Assembly (NCBI GenBank): GCA_963676795.2
Contig: CAXXTB010000002.1
Span: 2,080,001-2,144,000 of the forward strand
Origin: Geopsychrobacteraceae bacterium
Lineage (GTDB): Bacteria; Desulfobacterota; Desulfuromonadia; Desulfuromonadales; Geopsychrobacteraceae
Direction: 5' to 3'
DNA length: 64,000 nt
Part shown: positions 27,468 to 37,097 of the stretch, one piece after another
Layout of the letters: the number at the start of each line of letters is the position of its first letter
Position numbering within the stretch: position 1 is the stretch's first letter
Position numbers and translations under genes: made by a program
Notes under the pieces: model-generated
What the model was told of the DNA's origin: nothing
Seen by the model: only the letters and a program-made list of their open reading frames with translations
The model's database searches: none

Positions 27468-28286
27468 ATGCCGCACAAAAAAATGGGAGAAATCCTTCTC
27501 GAAAAGAAAATCATCTCTCAGGAAAATCTGGATAAAGCCCTGGAACAGCAAAAGAGGATAAAAAAGCCGATTGGCCAGATCCTCGAACAGATGGACGTTG
27601 TTCTGGAGGAGGATATCGCCCAGGCGCTGTCAACTCAGTTCGGGTTTCCGCTGGTCAAGCGCTTCGCCCAACACAAATTTTCGGCGGAGATCCTGCAACT
27701 GATCGATCCGGAAATTGCCGTCTCGAAACTGGTATTCCCACTCAAGCTCGACAAAAAGACCCTCTACCTGGCCATGGCCAATCCGCTGGATATGACCCTG
27801 CAGAGCGACATGTCCTTCAAACTGGGCTTACGGGTTTCCCCCTGCGTCAGCACCCCCGGTGAAATCACCAGAGCCATAAGGAGACACTATCTGGTCAAGG
27901 ATCAGTTGCTTGCCAAATCGGCGGTAAAAACAATTCTTCTGATTAACCAGTATGAGCTTGAGGCCTCAACAATCGAGGCCGCTCTTCAGAAGGAGGGGTT
28001 CGAAGTCGTCAGGGCGGCCACCGGCGGTGAAGGATTGACTCTCGCGGCCCAGATCGTTCCTAACCTGATTCTGACGGAAACGGTTCTGCCGCGCATGAAT
28101 GGCGAGCAGCTCTATTCGTCCCTGAAATCCAATACCATGCTGTTCAAGATTCCGATCATTGCACTCTCTTCGAAAGCGACGCCAGAGGAGGAGGTGCGCC
28201 TGCTCGACATGGGGTTCGAGGATTTCGTGTCCAAACCCCTGAATATGCCAAGATTGGTCGCCAGAATCCGTAAGGCGCTGCGCTGA
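27468..28286 (+). CDS. MshEN/GSPII_N-like domain fused to an atypical receiver domain
   Basis: KMGEILL...ALEQQ...IGQIL...ALSTQ and LAMANPLD. The C-terminal REC fold has LILTE where the phosphoacceptor Asp would be, plus KP. Confidence 0.8.
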   Translation: MPHKKMGEILLEKKIISQENLDKALEQQKRIKKPIGQILEQMDVVLEEDIAQALSTQFGFPLVKRFAQHKFSAEILQLIDPEIAVSKLVFPLKLDKKTLYLAMANPLDMTLQSDMSFKLGLRVSPCVSTPGEITRAIRRHYLVKDQLLAKSAVKTILLINQYELEASTIEAALQKEGFEVVRAATGGEGLTLAAQIVPNLILTETVLPRMNGEQLYSSLKSNTMLFKIPIIALSSKATPEEEVRLLDMGFEDFVSKPLNMPRLVARIRKALR

Positions 28287-28427
28287 ACAGGCTGGAACAG
28301 CTCTCCAAAGAGATGCAGTTCGCCTGAACCTGCGCAGAAGAGAATCCTGGCGGAATTGATTTTTTCGAACCTGGAATCCTGAAAAAACGGCTTCATTCCA
28401 TGTTCAGAACCATGCCAGCTTTCACTG

Positions 28428-28464
28428 AATGGTCAAAAAAAATACCGTATTTTTTTTGACCATT
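28428..28464. repeat. Perfect 18-bp inverted repeat with 1-nt centre
   Basis: AATGGTCAAAAAAAATAC-C-GTATTTTTTTTGACCATT. Confidence 0.9.
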
Positions 28465-28502
28465 TTTTATGCAAAACGGAGAAAAACCAGAGTTCAGAGG
28501 AC

Positions 28503-28606
28503 TTATCCGGACTTTTCCCCAGTTTTTCACAATTCTATCCACAGCCCCTGTGCAGCAGTTATTACTAGATATGAATACCAGTAATTATTTTAACAATTTA
28601 AAATGA
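28503..28606 (+). promoter_or_regulatory. DnaA-box-like array followed by an AT-rich tract
   Basis: TTATCCGGA 28503, TTTTCCCCA 28513, TTTTTCACA 28523, CTATCCACA 28535 (0-2 mismatches to TTWTNCACA), then GCCCC and an AT-rich stretch. Confidence 0.5.
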
Positions 28607-28625
28607 AAGCGGACTATTTCCCCGG

Positions 28626-29126
28626 CTAATTTACGGCACAATCGGAAGGATCGCCCAACAGCTTTGCCAGGGCGTGAGGCAGGGCGGGCATTATGGCTTC
28701 CAGGTTTTCACGTACCCCCTTGGGGCTGCCCGGCAGATTGACAATCAGGGTCTGCTGACGAACACCAACCAGTGCCCGCGAGAGCATGGCGTGGGGAGTT
28801 TTCTGCATGCTTGCGGCACGCATGGCTTCAGCCATGCCCGGCACCTGATAGTCGAGCACAGACTCCGTTGCCTGCGGCGTGTTGTCTCGCGGACTCATCC
28901 CCGTACCTCCGGTTGTCAGAATCAGGTCAAGGCCGAGGTCATCGACCCAGCTCTTTAGCATCATGACAATCCGGTCGGTTTCATCCGGAATAATCTGATA
29001 GCGGACGACATCACCGAGGTCTTTCACCATATCGGCGAGGATCTTGCCGCTCTCGTCCTCACGCTCACCGCGCGCCCCCTTGTCTGACAGGGTCAGCACA
29101 CCAATCTTATAGGTCATTTTATTCAT
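28626..29126 (-). CDS. mog: Molybdopterin adenylyltransferase (MogA/MoaB)
   Basis: TLSD, REDESG, TTGGTG.SPRD.TP, AMLSR, NLPGSPKG. Confidence 0.92.
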   Translation of the reverse strand: MNKMTYKIGVLTLSDKGARGEREDESGKILADMVKDLGDVVRYQIIPDETDRIVMMLKSWVDDLGLDLILTTGGTGMSPRDNTPQATESVLDYQVPGMAEAMRAASMQKTPHAMLSRALVGVRQQTLIVNLPGSPKGVRENLEAIMPALPHALAKLLGDPSDCAVN

Positions 29127-29144
29127 TTTATCCTCACATCCGGC

Positions 29145-30161
29145 TTAGCGCTTCTTGGTCGTCAACATCCGTCGCGCATTGTTGACAATAGCCTGGGTCA
29201 CATTGCGACTTTTGGCAATTTCCCGCACGTCCTTATCCGTGAGAAAAGACATAAACCGCACAGCCTGCTGTAACGGTGTCCGCGGGTGATAGACCAGGGC
29301 CTTTTTCATATCATAGATCTTGACCCATTCCCTGTTGAGCAGAATGATTCGGATCAGCTCTTCACTGGTACTGCGGTTCTTGGCAATGTTCAGGACCTCT
29401 CCTTCGGAGATCCTCGGGTTCTTCAACACAGCGGTATTGACCTGCTTGTTCGATTCACGAATCAGCAACGAGCGCCACTCCTTGTCACCGGTCAAGGCCA
29501 TCTTGATCTTTTCCGAAACGCTCATATCCTGCAGAGCCTGAAACTTTGACAGGGTTGATTCGTCAAGCTCATCCGGGTCGATCTCTTCGTCAACCCCTTC
29601 GCCGTCCTCATCGCTGTCCTGTACTGCAGCTGGGGAAATTTCCTCCGGCTCCTCTTCCTGTTTCGGCTCAACCCAGCCAAGTCTGATCTTCAGCGACCTG
29701 CTCGAATGCGGATTGTTAATCAGCGCCAAACGGATAGCATCTGCCCGGTAGAAAATCTGGTCATTGCGGGACAGCATTTCAAGCACATCACCGGTGCCTT
29801 TCTCCGCGAGGAATTGCAGGCTCTTGAGAGAGACCATCCGGTGAGTCGTCGCTGCCTGCATGACAACATTGTCATGATAACGCAGCCGGACAATAAAATC
29901 GATGATCGCAGGGTGCAGTTCCTGCTGTGACAATGCGGCAAGCAGAATCTGCGCCGGCAGAGTGCTGAGGGTTTCACTGGCTTCACGACGCAACTCATCG
30001 TTTTCACCATTATAAAATACGAACAGCACCGTGACCAGGTTCGGGCCGGACATCGGCAAAGCACCACGTGCGGCAGCGAGACGGACGCTATGCCCGCCCC
30101 ACTTGCTCATGATCCTGGCAACTTCCGCCGGTATTTTGATCTGAACTTTTTCTTCTGCCAA
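29145..30161 (-). CDS. Conserved alpha-helical hypothetical protein
   Basis: Acidic linker, then MSVSEKIKMALTGDKEWR and VLKNPRI. Probable TTG start at 30161, just after the SPOR stop. Confidence 0.7.
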   Translation of the reverse strand: MAEEKVQIKIPAEVARIMSKWGGHSVRLAAARGALPMSGPNLVTVLFVFYNGENDELRREASETLSTLPAQILLAALSQQELHPAIIDFIVRLRYHDNVVMQAATTHRMVSLKSLQFLAEKGTGDVLEMLSRNDQIFYRADAIRLALINNPHSSRSLKIRLGWVEPKQEEEPEEISPAAVQDSDEDGEGVDEEIDPDELDESTLSKFQALQDMSVSEKIKMALTGDKEWRSLLIRESNKQVNTAVLKNPRISEGEVLNIAKNRSTSEELIRIILLNREWVKIYDMKKALVYHPRTPLQQAVRFMSFLTDKDVREIAKSRNVTQAIVNNARRMLTTKKR

Positions 30162-30165
30162 AGAG

Positions 30166-31002
30166 CTACCTGTTTTCAACCAGCGCGGCGCCGATTCCGG
30201 CATTGCGCAATTTCAAAATAAGTTGTTGAGCATCGTCCTTGGTCATGGCCGTGGTCACGATCAATATTCTCTTCAGCATGACCTTGCTCTCGACGATGTT
30301 GACCTTATGGCCATCCTTTTCGAGCTTCTGCTTCATCGTCTCTGCTCTTTCACGGTCGTGAAAGGAGGCCAGATATACGGCGTAGCCGTTCGCGTATGGC
30401 AGGATAAAAGCTGATGGCACCCTCTTCTGGAGTGTTTCAAGTCGCTGGTGAGCGGTCTTGGAATCATAGGTTCCGTCCAGCAGCCTGATCATCTCGACTT
30501 CACCGACACCCCTGCGTTTTTCGTACTGCAGCCCCAGCTCTTTCAATAAAGCCTCGGCATCCTCGAGGTTCGCGGAACTGATAAAAGGACCGATCTCGAC
30601 AGAGCAGTCCCGGGCAGCGGAAGTTGCCGCAGCAGACTCACCGGCATCAGCCACTGGCAGCGGTTCAGTAATAGGGGGCACACTCTGCTCAACAGCAGAG
30701 CCAGTTGCCACAGCGTCGGTCCGGTCAGGCTGTGCCGCAACCGCGGCCGACTCAGCACGTTGCGGCACCGGGAAACGATATTCCCTGGCAACGGATGGCT
30801 CTGCCGGCGGCAGAGACGGAACGGCGAACAAATAAAAGCCATATCCCAGACCGGCCAGGATCAGACAAAGCAGCACAAGCAGCAAAATTGTTCCCCCGCC
30901 CCCAACTGTGGACGGGGGAACAGCTTGGACCTGGCGCTCGACCAGCTGGTCAATAGCACTCCCCCGCTCCCTTTCGTCCTGCGGCACTTCATGATCAGCC
31001 AT
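30166..31002 (-). CDS. SPOR-domain membrane-anchored protein
   Basis: One TM helix, a Pro/Ala linker, and SPOR-like segments (VEIGPF; VYLASFHDRERAE). Confidence 0.7.
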   Translation of the reverse strand: MADHEVPQDERERGSAIDQLVERQVQAVPPSTVGGGGTILLLVLLCLILAGLGYGFYLFAVPSLPPAEPSVAREYRFPVPQRAESAAVAAQPDRTDAVATGSAVEQSVPPITEPLPVADAGESAAATSAARDCSVEIGPFISSANLEDAEALLKELGLQYEKRRGVGEVEMIRLLDGTYDSKTAHQRLETLQKRVPSAFILPYANGYAVYLASFHDRERAETMKQKLEKDGHKVNIVESKVMLKRILIVTTAMTKDDAQQLILKLRNAGIGAALVENR

Positions 31003-31066
31003 AATACTCCTCTATCACAAGTTTCAGGGGTACCGTCGGTACCCCTGATTGTCAACCTTAAGCGAA

Positions 31067-33145
31067 TTATTCCTGGTTCCCCAGTTCTTCAAGAATCTTG
31101 ACCGTCTGATGCGTCGGCACCTCTTCGTACTTGCTGAACTCCATGGTAAACATGCCGCGATCCGAAGTCATGGAACGCAGTTCGGGAGCATAGCGCAGAA
31201 CCTCGGCCATGGGAACCTCGGCCATGATCACCTGGCTGTTGGCCTGGGGTTCAACCCCGACGACCTTGCCCCGCCGGGAGTTCAGATCGCCGATGACATC
31301 CCCCATGCAGTCATCCGGTACGCTGACCTCCATCGCCATGATCGGTTCCAGCAGAATCGGCTTACACTGCTCCATCGCCTTTTTGAAGGCCATGGAACCG
31401 GCGACCTTGAAGGCCATCTCCGAAGAATCAACGGAATGGTGTGAACCGTCATAAAGGGTGACCTGAACGTCAACGACCTGGTTCTTGGTCAGCGGACCGG
31501 TCTTCATCGCCTCGACAACCCCCTTGTCAACGGCCGGGATATAGTTTCTCGGCACCACCCCACCGACAACCTTGTCGACAAACTGATAACCTTCACCGCG
31601 GGAGAGAGGTTTGACCTCGATCCAGACGTCACCGTACTGACCGCGCCCGCCGGACTGTTTCTTGTACTTGCCCTGCACCTGAGCAGAAGCCTTGATCGTT
31701 TCACGGTAGGGGACCTTCGGCTCCTTGAGGACAACATCGGCGCCGTACTTGCGCTTCAGCCGCTCAACGGCAACCTCAAGGTGGACCTGCCCCATCCCCG
31801 ACAGAACCATTTCCTTGGTTTCCTCATCGCGAACAACTGTCAGGGTCGGATCCTCTTCCATCAGTTTCTGCAAACCGGTGTAGATCTTGTCCTCGTCCCC
31901 CTTCGATTTCCCTTCAAGAGCGAAGGAGATAATCGACTTGAGTGGAATCAGCGGCTCGTACATGACCGGGTTCTTGAGGTCACAGAGGGTATCACCGGTT
32001 GCCGTTACCTTGAGTTTCGGCACGGCAATGATATCCCCGGCCGCCGCAACCTTCATCTCAACCTGCTTTTTCCCTTCCATCTCGTAGATGTGGCTGATTC
32101 GCTCCTTTTCATCCTTGTTCGGATTCAGTACAACGGTATCGGAGCTCAGGGTGCCCGAGTAGACACGCATCAGCGACAGCTTGCCGGCGTAAGGGTCGTT
32201 GATGGTCTTGAAGACCATCGCTGAAAATGGCTCATCCTCACTCGGCTGGCGTTCTACCGGCTCATCCGTCCCCGGCTTGACACCGATCTGGGTCCCTTTG
32301 TCGACCGGCGAAGGCAGGCAGGTGACGATATAATCCATCAGCTGGCGGATCCCGATATTGGCGGTTGCACTGCCGCAGAACACCGGGGTAAAAACACCGG
32401 TCAGAACCCCTTCACGCAGGCCGAGGTAGAGATCGTCCTCGCTGAGCTCTTCCCCTTCAAGGTACTTTTCCATCAGGTCATCGTCGGCTTCGGCAATCGC
32501 CTCGATCAGCTGCTCGCGCAGACGTTCGGCCTCCGGTAGATATTCCTCAGGGATATCCCCTTCCTCGTAGGTTCCCTGTTCGTCAAACTGATAGATGCGG
32601 GCCTTCATGCGGATCAGGTCGATGGTTCCCCTGAAATTCTCTTCAGCGCCGATCGGCATGGTCACAACCACGCCACGCGCTCCGAGAGACTTTTCCATAT
32701 CGTCAACGGCCTTGAGAAAATCGGCGCGTTCCTTGTCCATTTTATTGACGAAAGCGATTCGCGGGACTTCAAATTCGTCACACCACTTCCAGATCTGCTT
32801 GGTCTGGGCCTTGGTTCCGGAGATCGCCGAAACGATAACAACGGCACCGCCCAGAACCCGCAGGCAGCGACGGGTATCGTGCAGGAAGTTGCTGATCCCC
32901 GGGGTGTCGACGATATGTAAACTGTGATCCTTCCATAAGCAGTGATCCAGGCTGGCGCTCAAGGTCGCCTTGCGCTTGATCTCTTCCTCTTCGAAATCCA
33001 TCGAGGAGGTCCCTAAGTCAACCTTTCCAAGAGTCGTTGTCATCCCCGTATTGTAGAGGATCGCTTCCACCAGCGACGTTTTACCGGCGCTGTTGTGCGC
33101 CACAATTCCCAGGTTTCTCAGCTTCGTTGTGTCGTACTTTCCCAT
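31067..33145 (-). CDS. fusA: Elongation factor G-like protein (EF-G2 type)
   Basis: AHNSAGKT, DTPG, NKMD, GMGQVHLE, VPYRETI, KKQSGGRGQYG, HSVDSSEMAF. Start at ATG 33145. Confidence 0.93.
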   Translation of the reverse strand: MGKYDTTKLRNLGIVAHNSAGKTSLVEAILYNTGMTTTLGKVDLGTSSMDFEEEEIKRKATLSASLDHCLWKDHSLHIVDTPGISNFLHDTRRCLRVLGGAVVIVSAISGTKAQTKQIWKWCDEFEVPRIAFVNKMDKERADFLKAVDDMEKSLGARGVVVTMPIGAEENFRGTIDLIRMKARIYQFDEQGTYEEGDIPEEYLPEAERLREQLIEAIAEADDDLMEKYLEGEELSEDDLYLGLREGVLTGVFTPVFCGSATANIGIRQLMDYIVTCLPSPVDKGTQIGVKPGTDEPVERQPSEDEPFSAMVFKTINDPYAGKLSLMRVYSGTLSSDTVVLNPNKDEKERISHIYEMEGKKQVEMKVAAAGDIIAVPKLKVTATGDTLCDLKNPVMYEPLIPLKSIISFALEGKSKGDEDKIYTGLQKLMEEDPTLTVVRDEETKEMVLSGMGQVHLEVAVERLKRKYGADVVLKEPKVPYRETIKASAQVQGKYKKQSGGRGQYGDVWIEVKPLSRGEGYQFVDKVVGGVVPRNYIPAVDKGVVEAMKTGPLTKNQVVDVQVTLYDGSHHSVDSSEMAFKVAGSMAFKKAMEQCKPILLEPIMAMEVSVPDDCMGDVIGDLNSRRGKVVGVEPQANSQVIMAEVPMAEVLRYAPELRSMTSDRGMFTMEFSKYEEVPTHQTVKILEELGNQE

Positions 33146-33254
33146 GAATCGCTCCTTTTCCTGAAAAGGCCCATCAGGCAATGTACTTAATTGCCCGGAT
33201 GCGAGGACATCATTGTCTATGCGACAACTGGGCGTGAGATCACAGATTTACGGG

Positions 33255-34022
33255 CTATACCCGGTTTCGTTCATAGAGAATACGCAATCCTTCCAGAGTT
33301 AAAAATGGATCAACCTGATCGATACTGTCGGTTGCAGAGGCGATGGTTGTCGCCAGTCCGCCGGTGGCAATGACCTGAGCCGGCTTGCCGAACTCCTTCT
33401 TCATACGGCTGACAATCCCCTCGACAAGTCCGACATAACCGAAGTAGATGCCCGCCTGCATACTGTTCACCGTATTTTTGGCGATTATCTGCGGCGGACG
33501 GGAGATATCGACACGCGGCAGTTTGCTCGCCTTGGAGAACAGCGCATCCGCAGAAATCCCGATCCCCGGCGCGATGGCTCCGCCCAGATAACTCCCCTCG
33601 GCGGAGATCATGTCAAAGGTCGTCGCTGTGCCGAAATCGACAACAATCAGAGCGGTCTTCAGTTTTTCATAGGCGGCAACAGCATTGACGATACGGTCAG
33701 CGCCGACCTCACGCGGATTATCATACTGAATCGGCATTCCGGTCTTGATCCCCGGGCCGATGACATAGGGGTTCAGCTTGAAATACTTGCCACACAGACC
33801 GTTGATCGTGTTGAGCATCGGTGGCACAACACTTGAAACGATAACATCCGACAGATCAGCGAAAGTCAGGCCGGACAGACGGAACAGATCGTTGATCAGC
33901 ATCGCGTATTCATCGATCGTCCGGCACTTGTCGGTTCCGACCCGCCATTCATGGGTCAGCCTGCTCCCGGTATAGATTCCCAGCACGGTATTGCTGTTAC
34001 CAACATCAATCACCAACAACAT
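33255..34022 (-). CDS. coaX: Type III pantothenate kinase
   Basis: [37 protein letters not shown]. Confidence 0.96.
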   Translation of the reverse strand: MLLVIDVGNSNTVLGIYTGSRLTHEWRVGTDKCRTIDEYAMLINDLFRLSGLTFADLSDVIVSSVVPPMLNTINGLCGKYFKLNPYVIGPGIKTGMPIQYDNPREVGADRIVNAVAAYEKLKTALIVVDFGTATTFDMISAEGSYLGGAIAPGIGISADALFSKASKLPRVDISRPPQIIAKNTVNSMQAGIYFGYVGLVEGIVSRMKKEFGKPAQVIATGGLATTIASATDSIDQVDPFLTLEGLRILYERNRV

Positions 34023-34043
34023 AAAAACCTGATTCTCCTGTAT

Positions 34044-35024
34044 TTATACATCCAGCGGCCGGACATCGCCGGCAACCACCCGGAACAACTCTCCGTTATC
34101 CTGAACAATCCGCAGGCTCCCGTCATCCTCGAGGCCGACGGCCGTTCCACGGATGATCGACTTCCCCAGATCGACTTCCACTTTACGATTGAAAATATTA
34201 CACAAATTTTCCCAACGGGCACGAATCGGCCCGAAGCCCTGAGCCTTGAATTCCAGGTAATTATAATCCAGCTTTTCGAACAGGGTCTGGCCAAAAAGAC
34301 AGCGATCAACGGTCTCACCGGATTCAATCAGGACCGAAGTCGCCGGATAATTGATCGGCGTCGGGAGCTGATCGGCACACATATTCAGGTTGATCCCGAT
34401 ACCTAGTATAACAAAATGAACCTTCTCCGTTTCAGCACTCATCTCATTGAGCAGGCCGGCGATCTTGGAACGGCCGATCAGGACATCGTTCGGCCATTTT
34501 ACAACGGCCTCCAGGTGGCAGAGATCCCGCAAGGTTTCAGCGACAGCAACTGCGGACAGAAAAGTCAGGTGAGGGGTCTGCTGCACGGGAATATCAGGAC
34601 GCAGAATGATCGAGGTGTAAAGATTCACCCCCCCGGGAGACACCCACTGACGCCCCATCCTGCCACGCCCGGCCAACTGCCGGTCAGCGATCACGACCAT
34701 CCCTTCGGCTGCGCCGTTCTCAGCCAGGTTACGGGCATAGCTATTGGTCGAATCGACGTCAGACAGGGTGACCAGCTCACGGCCGACAATCTCCGTGTGC
34801 AAATCACGTTTCAGATCAGCCGCCAACAGCAGATCGGGGGAGTCGAGGAGCCGGTAGCCCTGGGAATGTTTGGACTCTATGGTAAAGCCAAGTTCGGACA
34901 GGGCCTTGACCTGTTTCCAGACCGCAGCCCTGGAAATTTCCAGCCGGTCACTCATTTCCTGACCGGAAATGAATTCACCGGGACGGGCGCGCAATAAGCT
35001 GAGAATCTGATCCCGTGTCGTCAA
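34044..35024 (-). CDS. birA: Bifunctional biotin ligase/repressor
   Basis: HTH (ISG...ISRAAVWK), DSTN, GRGRMGRQW, KWPND, KIAG. GGAGG RBS before TTG 35024. Confidence 0.95.
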   Translation of the reverse strand: MTTRDQILSLLRARPGEFISGQEMSDRLEISRAAVWKQVKALSELGFTIESKHSQGYRLLDSPDLLLAADLKRDLHTEIVGRELVTLSDVDSTNSYARNLAENGAAEGMVVIADRQLAGRGRMGRQWVSPGGVNLYTSIILRPDIPVQQTPHLTFLSAVAVAETLRDLCHLEAVVKWPNDVLIGRSKIAGLLNEMSAETEKVHFVILGIGINLNMCADQLPTPINYPATSVLIESGETVDRCLFGQTLFEKLDYNYLEFKAQGFGPIRARWENLCNIFNRKVEVDLGKSIIRGTAVGLEDDGSLRIVQDNGELFRVVAGDVRPLDV

Positions 35025-35078
35025 GGGCCCTCCAGCACATGAAATCTTCACAGGAGTCTCAGCTCCTGTGAAGAATAA

Positions 35079-35909
35079 TTAACGATTGAACAGCATCGAG
35101 ATATCAGCGGCCCTGACAGAATGGGTCAGAGCACCAATAGAAATCAGATCAACGCCGGTCTCGGCAATGGAGCGCACCCGCTCCAAGGTGACATTGCCGG
35201 AGGCCTCGACCAGGGCCCGGCCGCCAATCAGTTCAACCCCTTCTCGCATCTGCTCCAGGGTCATGTTGTCAAGCATGATGATATCGGCCTTAACGACCAG
35301 GGCTTCCTCGACCTCGGTCAGACTGGTCGTTTCGACCTCGATCTTGATGGTATGAGGAATGCGCTGTCTGGCCCGCTCGACCGCGGCCGTGATGCCGCCG
35401 GCTGCGTCGATATGATTCTCCTTGATCAGCACCCCGTCAAACAAACCAATACGGTGGTTGCGGCCTCCCCCCATACGTACCGAATACTTGTCCAGGGCTC
35501 TCAAACCGGGCACTGTTTTGCGCGTATCGACAATGGTCGCCGAGGTTCCTTCGATCTCGGCAACAAAACGGGCGGTCATGGTCGCGATCCCGCTCATGCG
35601 CTGCAGCAGATTCAGGGCGACACGTTCCCCCTGCAAAAGGACCTGGGAAGAACCTTTGATCCAGGCAAGCACCTCGCCCTTTTTGACCTGGCGGCCATCC
35701 TCGGTAATTTTTTCATAACTGACGGCAGGGTCCAGCAGATGAAAAACCCTGGCTGCGACATCAAGGCCTGCCAGGGTAAAATCTTCCTTGGCCACCAGTT
35801 CGGCCCGGGCGACACCGCCAGCGGGAATCGTCGCCTCGGTCGTAATATCACCGAGACCAAGATCTTCTTCCAGAGCCGTTTTGATGATACGCTCAATCTC
35901 AAAAAACAT
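35079..35909 (-). CDS. nadC: Nicotinate-nucleotide pyrophosphorylase (carboxylating)
   Basis: GDITT, ERVALN, DTRKT, NHR.GL.D, IKENH, MLDN, EASG. Confidence 0.97.
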   Translation of the reverse strand: MFFEIERIIKTALEEDLGLGDITTEATIPAGGVARAELVAKEDFTLAGLDVAARVFHLLDPAVSYEKITEDGRQVKKGEVLAWIKGSSQVLLQGERVALNLLQRMSGIATMTARFVAEIEGTSATIVDTRKTVPGLRALDKYSVRMGGGRNHRIGLFDGVLIKENHIDAAGGITAAVERARQRIPHTIKIEVETTSLTEVEEALVVKADIIMLDNMTLEQMREGVELIGGRALVEASGNVTLERVRSIAETGVDLISIGALTHSVRAADISMLFNR

Positions 35910-36118
35910 TCATGCCCTCCAACAGGCTGCAGCCCAGCTTCAAGGGCCGTAAACAAGTATAAATATTATCAAATCTATAACACACCGCAGATTCACCCCG
36001 CAACTGAAAACAGGGGTGCCGAAGACCGGCAAAACCCCTTTACATTTCCGTAACTTGTGATAAAAATGAGGGTTCCCGAGGCGATCTTTTGCCATCAAAA
36101 TCAGTCAAGGAGTACGAA

Positions 36119-36997
36119 ATGACCAAGACCCTGTTGGCCGCAATAGTCTGTGCCAGTTTACTGCTTCCCGCCTGTGTCAGCAAAAACACCTATCAGCAGA
36201 AAGTCAATGAAGCCGATCTGTTGCAGCGCGACAAGAACGGCCTGAGCGAGTCGGTCTCCAGATTGCGCGAAGAAAAAACTGCAATGGCCGACCAGATCTC
36301 GAAATTGAATAAAAATCTGGTCGACGTCCTCAATAAAAATTCTGCCCTGCAGAAAGATCTGCTCGCTGCCCAGGCCAACCAGGAACGCCAGGAAGGCAAT
36401 ATCTCTCTTCACCAGCAGCGCCTCACCGACATGCAGGCCCATAACGATCTGCTGCTCGGCACCATCGAAGAACTGAACCATGCGCTGGAGAAAGAGAAGA
36501 TCGCCAAGGAAGCACGTCTGGCCAAGGTCAAGCAGACCTACGACGAACTGGTCGGAGCGCTGGAGGATGAAATCAAACGTGGAGAACTGACCATCTCCAA
36601 CCTGGAAGGGCAGCTCAGCGTTAACCTGCTCAATCAGATCCTGTTCGATTCCGGCAAGACGGAAATCAAGCCAAGTGGCCAGAAGGTTCTCAAAAGCCTT
36701 GGCGACGTTCTCAACAAATTCCCGGATAAGGCTCTGATGATCGAAGGGCACACCGACAACATCAAGATAAGCAGTACCCTGAAAGAGAGATTCCCCTCCA
36801 ACTGGGAGCTGTCAACCGCACGGGCCAATAATGTCGTCCACTTCCTCCAGGATGAAGTCGGCCTCCCCGGTGAACGGCTGGTCGCCGCTGGTTATGGCCC
36901 CTATCGCCCTGTGGCTTCAAACGACACCCCTGAAGGACGAGCAGAGAATCGGCGCATCCAGATTATCCTGATCCCCTATAAAAGCTCAGTTGAATAG
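36119..36997 (+). CDS. OmpA/MotB-family lipoprotein with coiled coil
   Basis: Lipobox-like LLPAC, ILFDSG, IEGHTDN, NWELSTARA, NRRI. AGGAG RBS before ATG 36119. Confidence 0.9.
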   Translation: MTKTLLAAIVCASLLLPACVSKNTYQQKVNEADLLQRDKNGLSESVSRLREEKTAMADQISKLNKNLVDVLNKNSALQKDLLAAQANQERQEGNISLHQQRLTDMQAHNDLLLGTIEELNHALEKEKIAKEARLAKVKQTYDELVGALEDEIKRGELTISNLEGQLSVNLLNQILFDSGKTEIKPSGQKVLKSLGDVLNKFPDKALMIEGHTDNIKISSTLKERFPSNWELSTARANNVVHFLQDEVGLPGERLVAAGYGPYRPVASNDTPEGRAENRRIQIILIPYKSSVE

Positions 36998-37008
36998 ATT
37001 CCAGAAAG

Positions 37009-37040
37009 TCAAAAGCCCGATTTCCCGATCGGGCTTTTGA
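37009..37040 (+). terminator. Rho-independent terminator
   Basis: AAAAGCCCGA...TCGGGCTTTT. Confidence 0.8.
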
Positions 37041-37097
37041 CATTGGCAATGATCCTTTTTAGTCTTAAGGAAAGAATTCCTACGGAAAGGCTAAGTC

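Noticed and set aside
28286..28420. Recurring GAAC(C/A)/GTTC short motifs
   Set aside because: Spacing is irregular and the motifs are too short to separate from chance; not CRISPR- or iteron-like.
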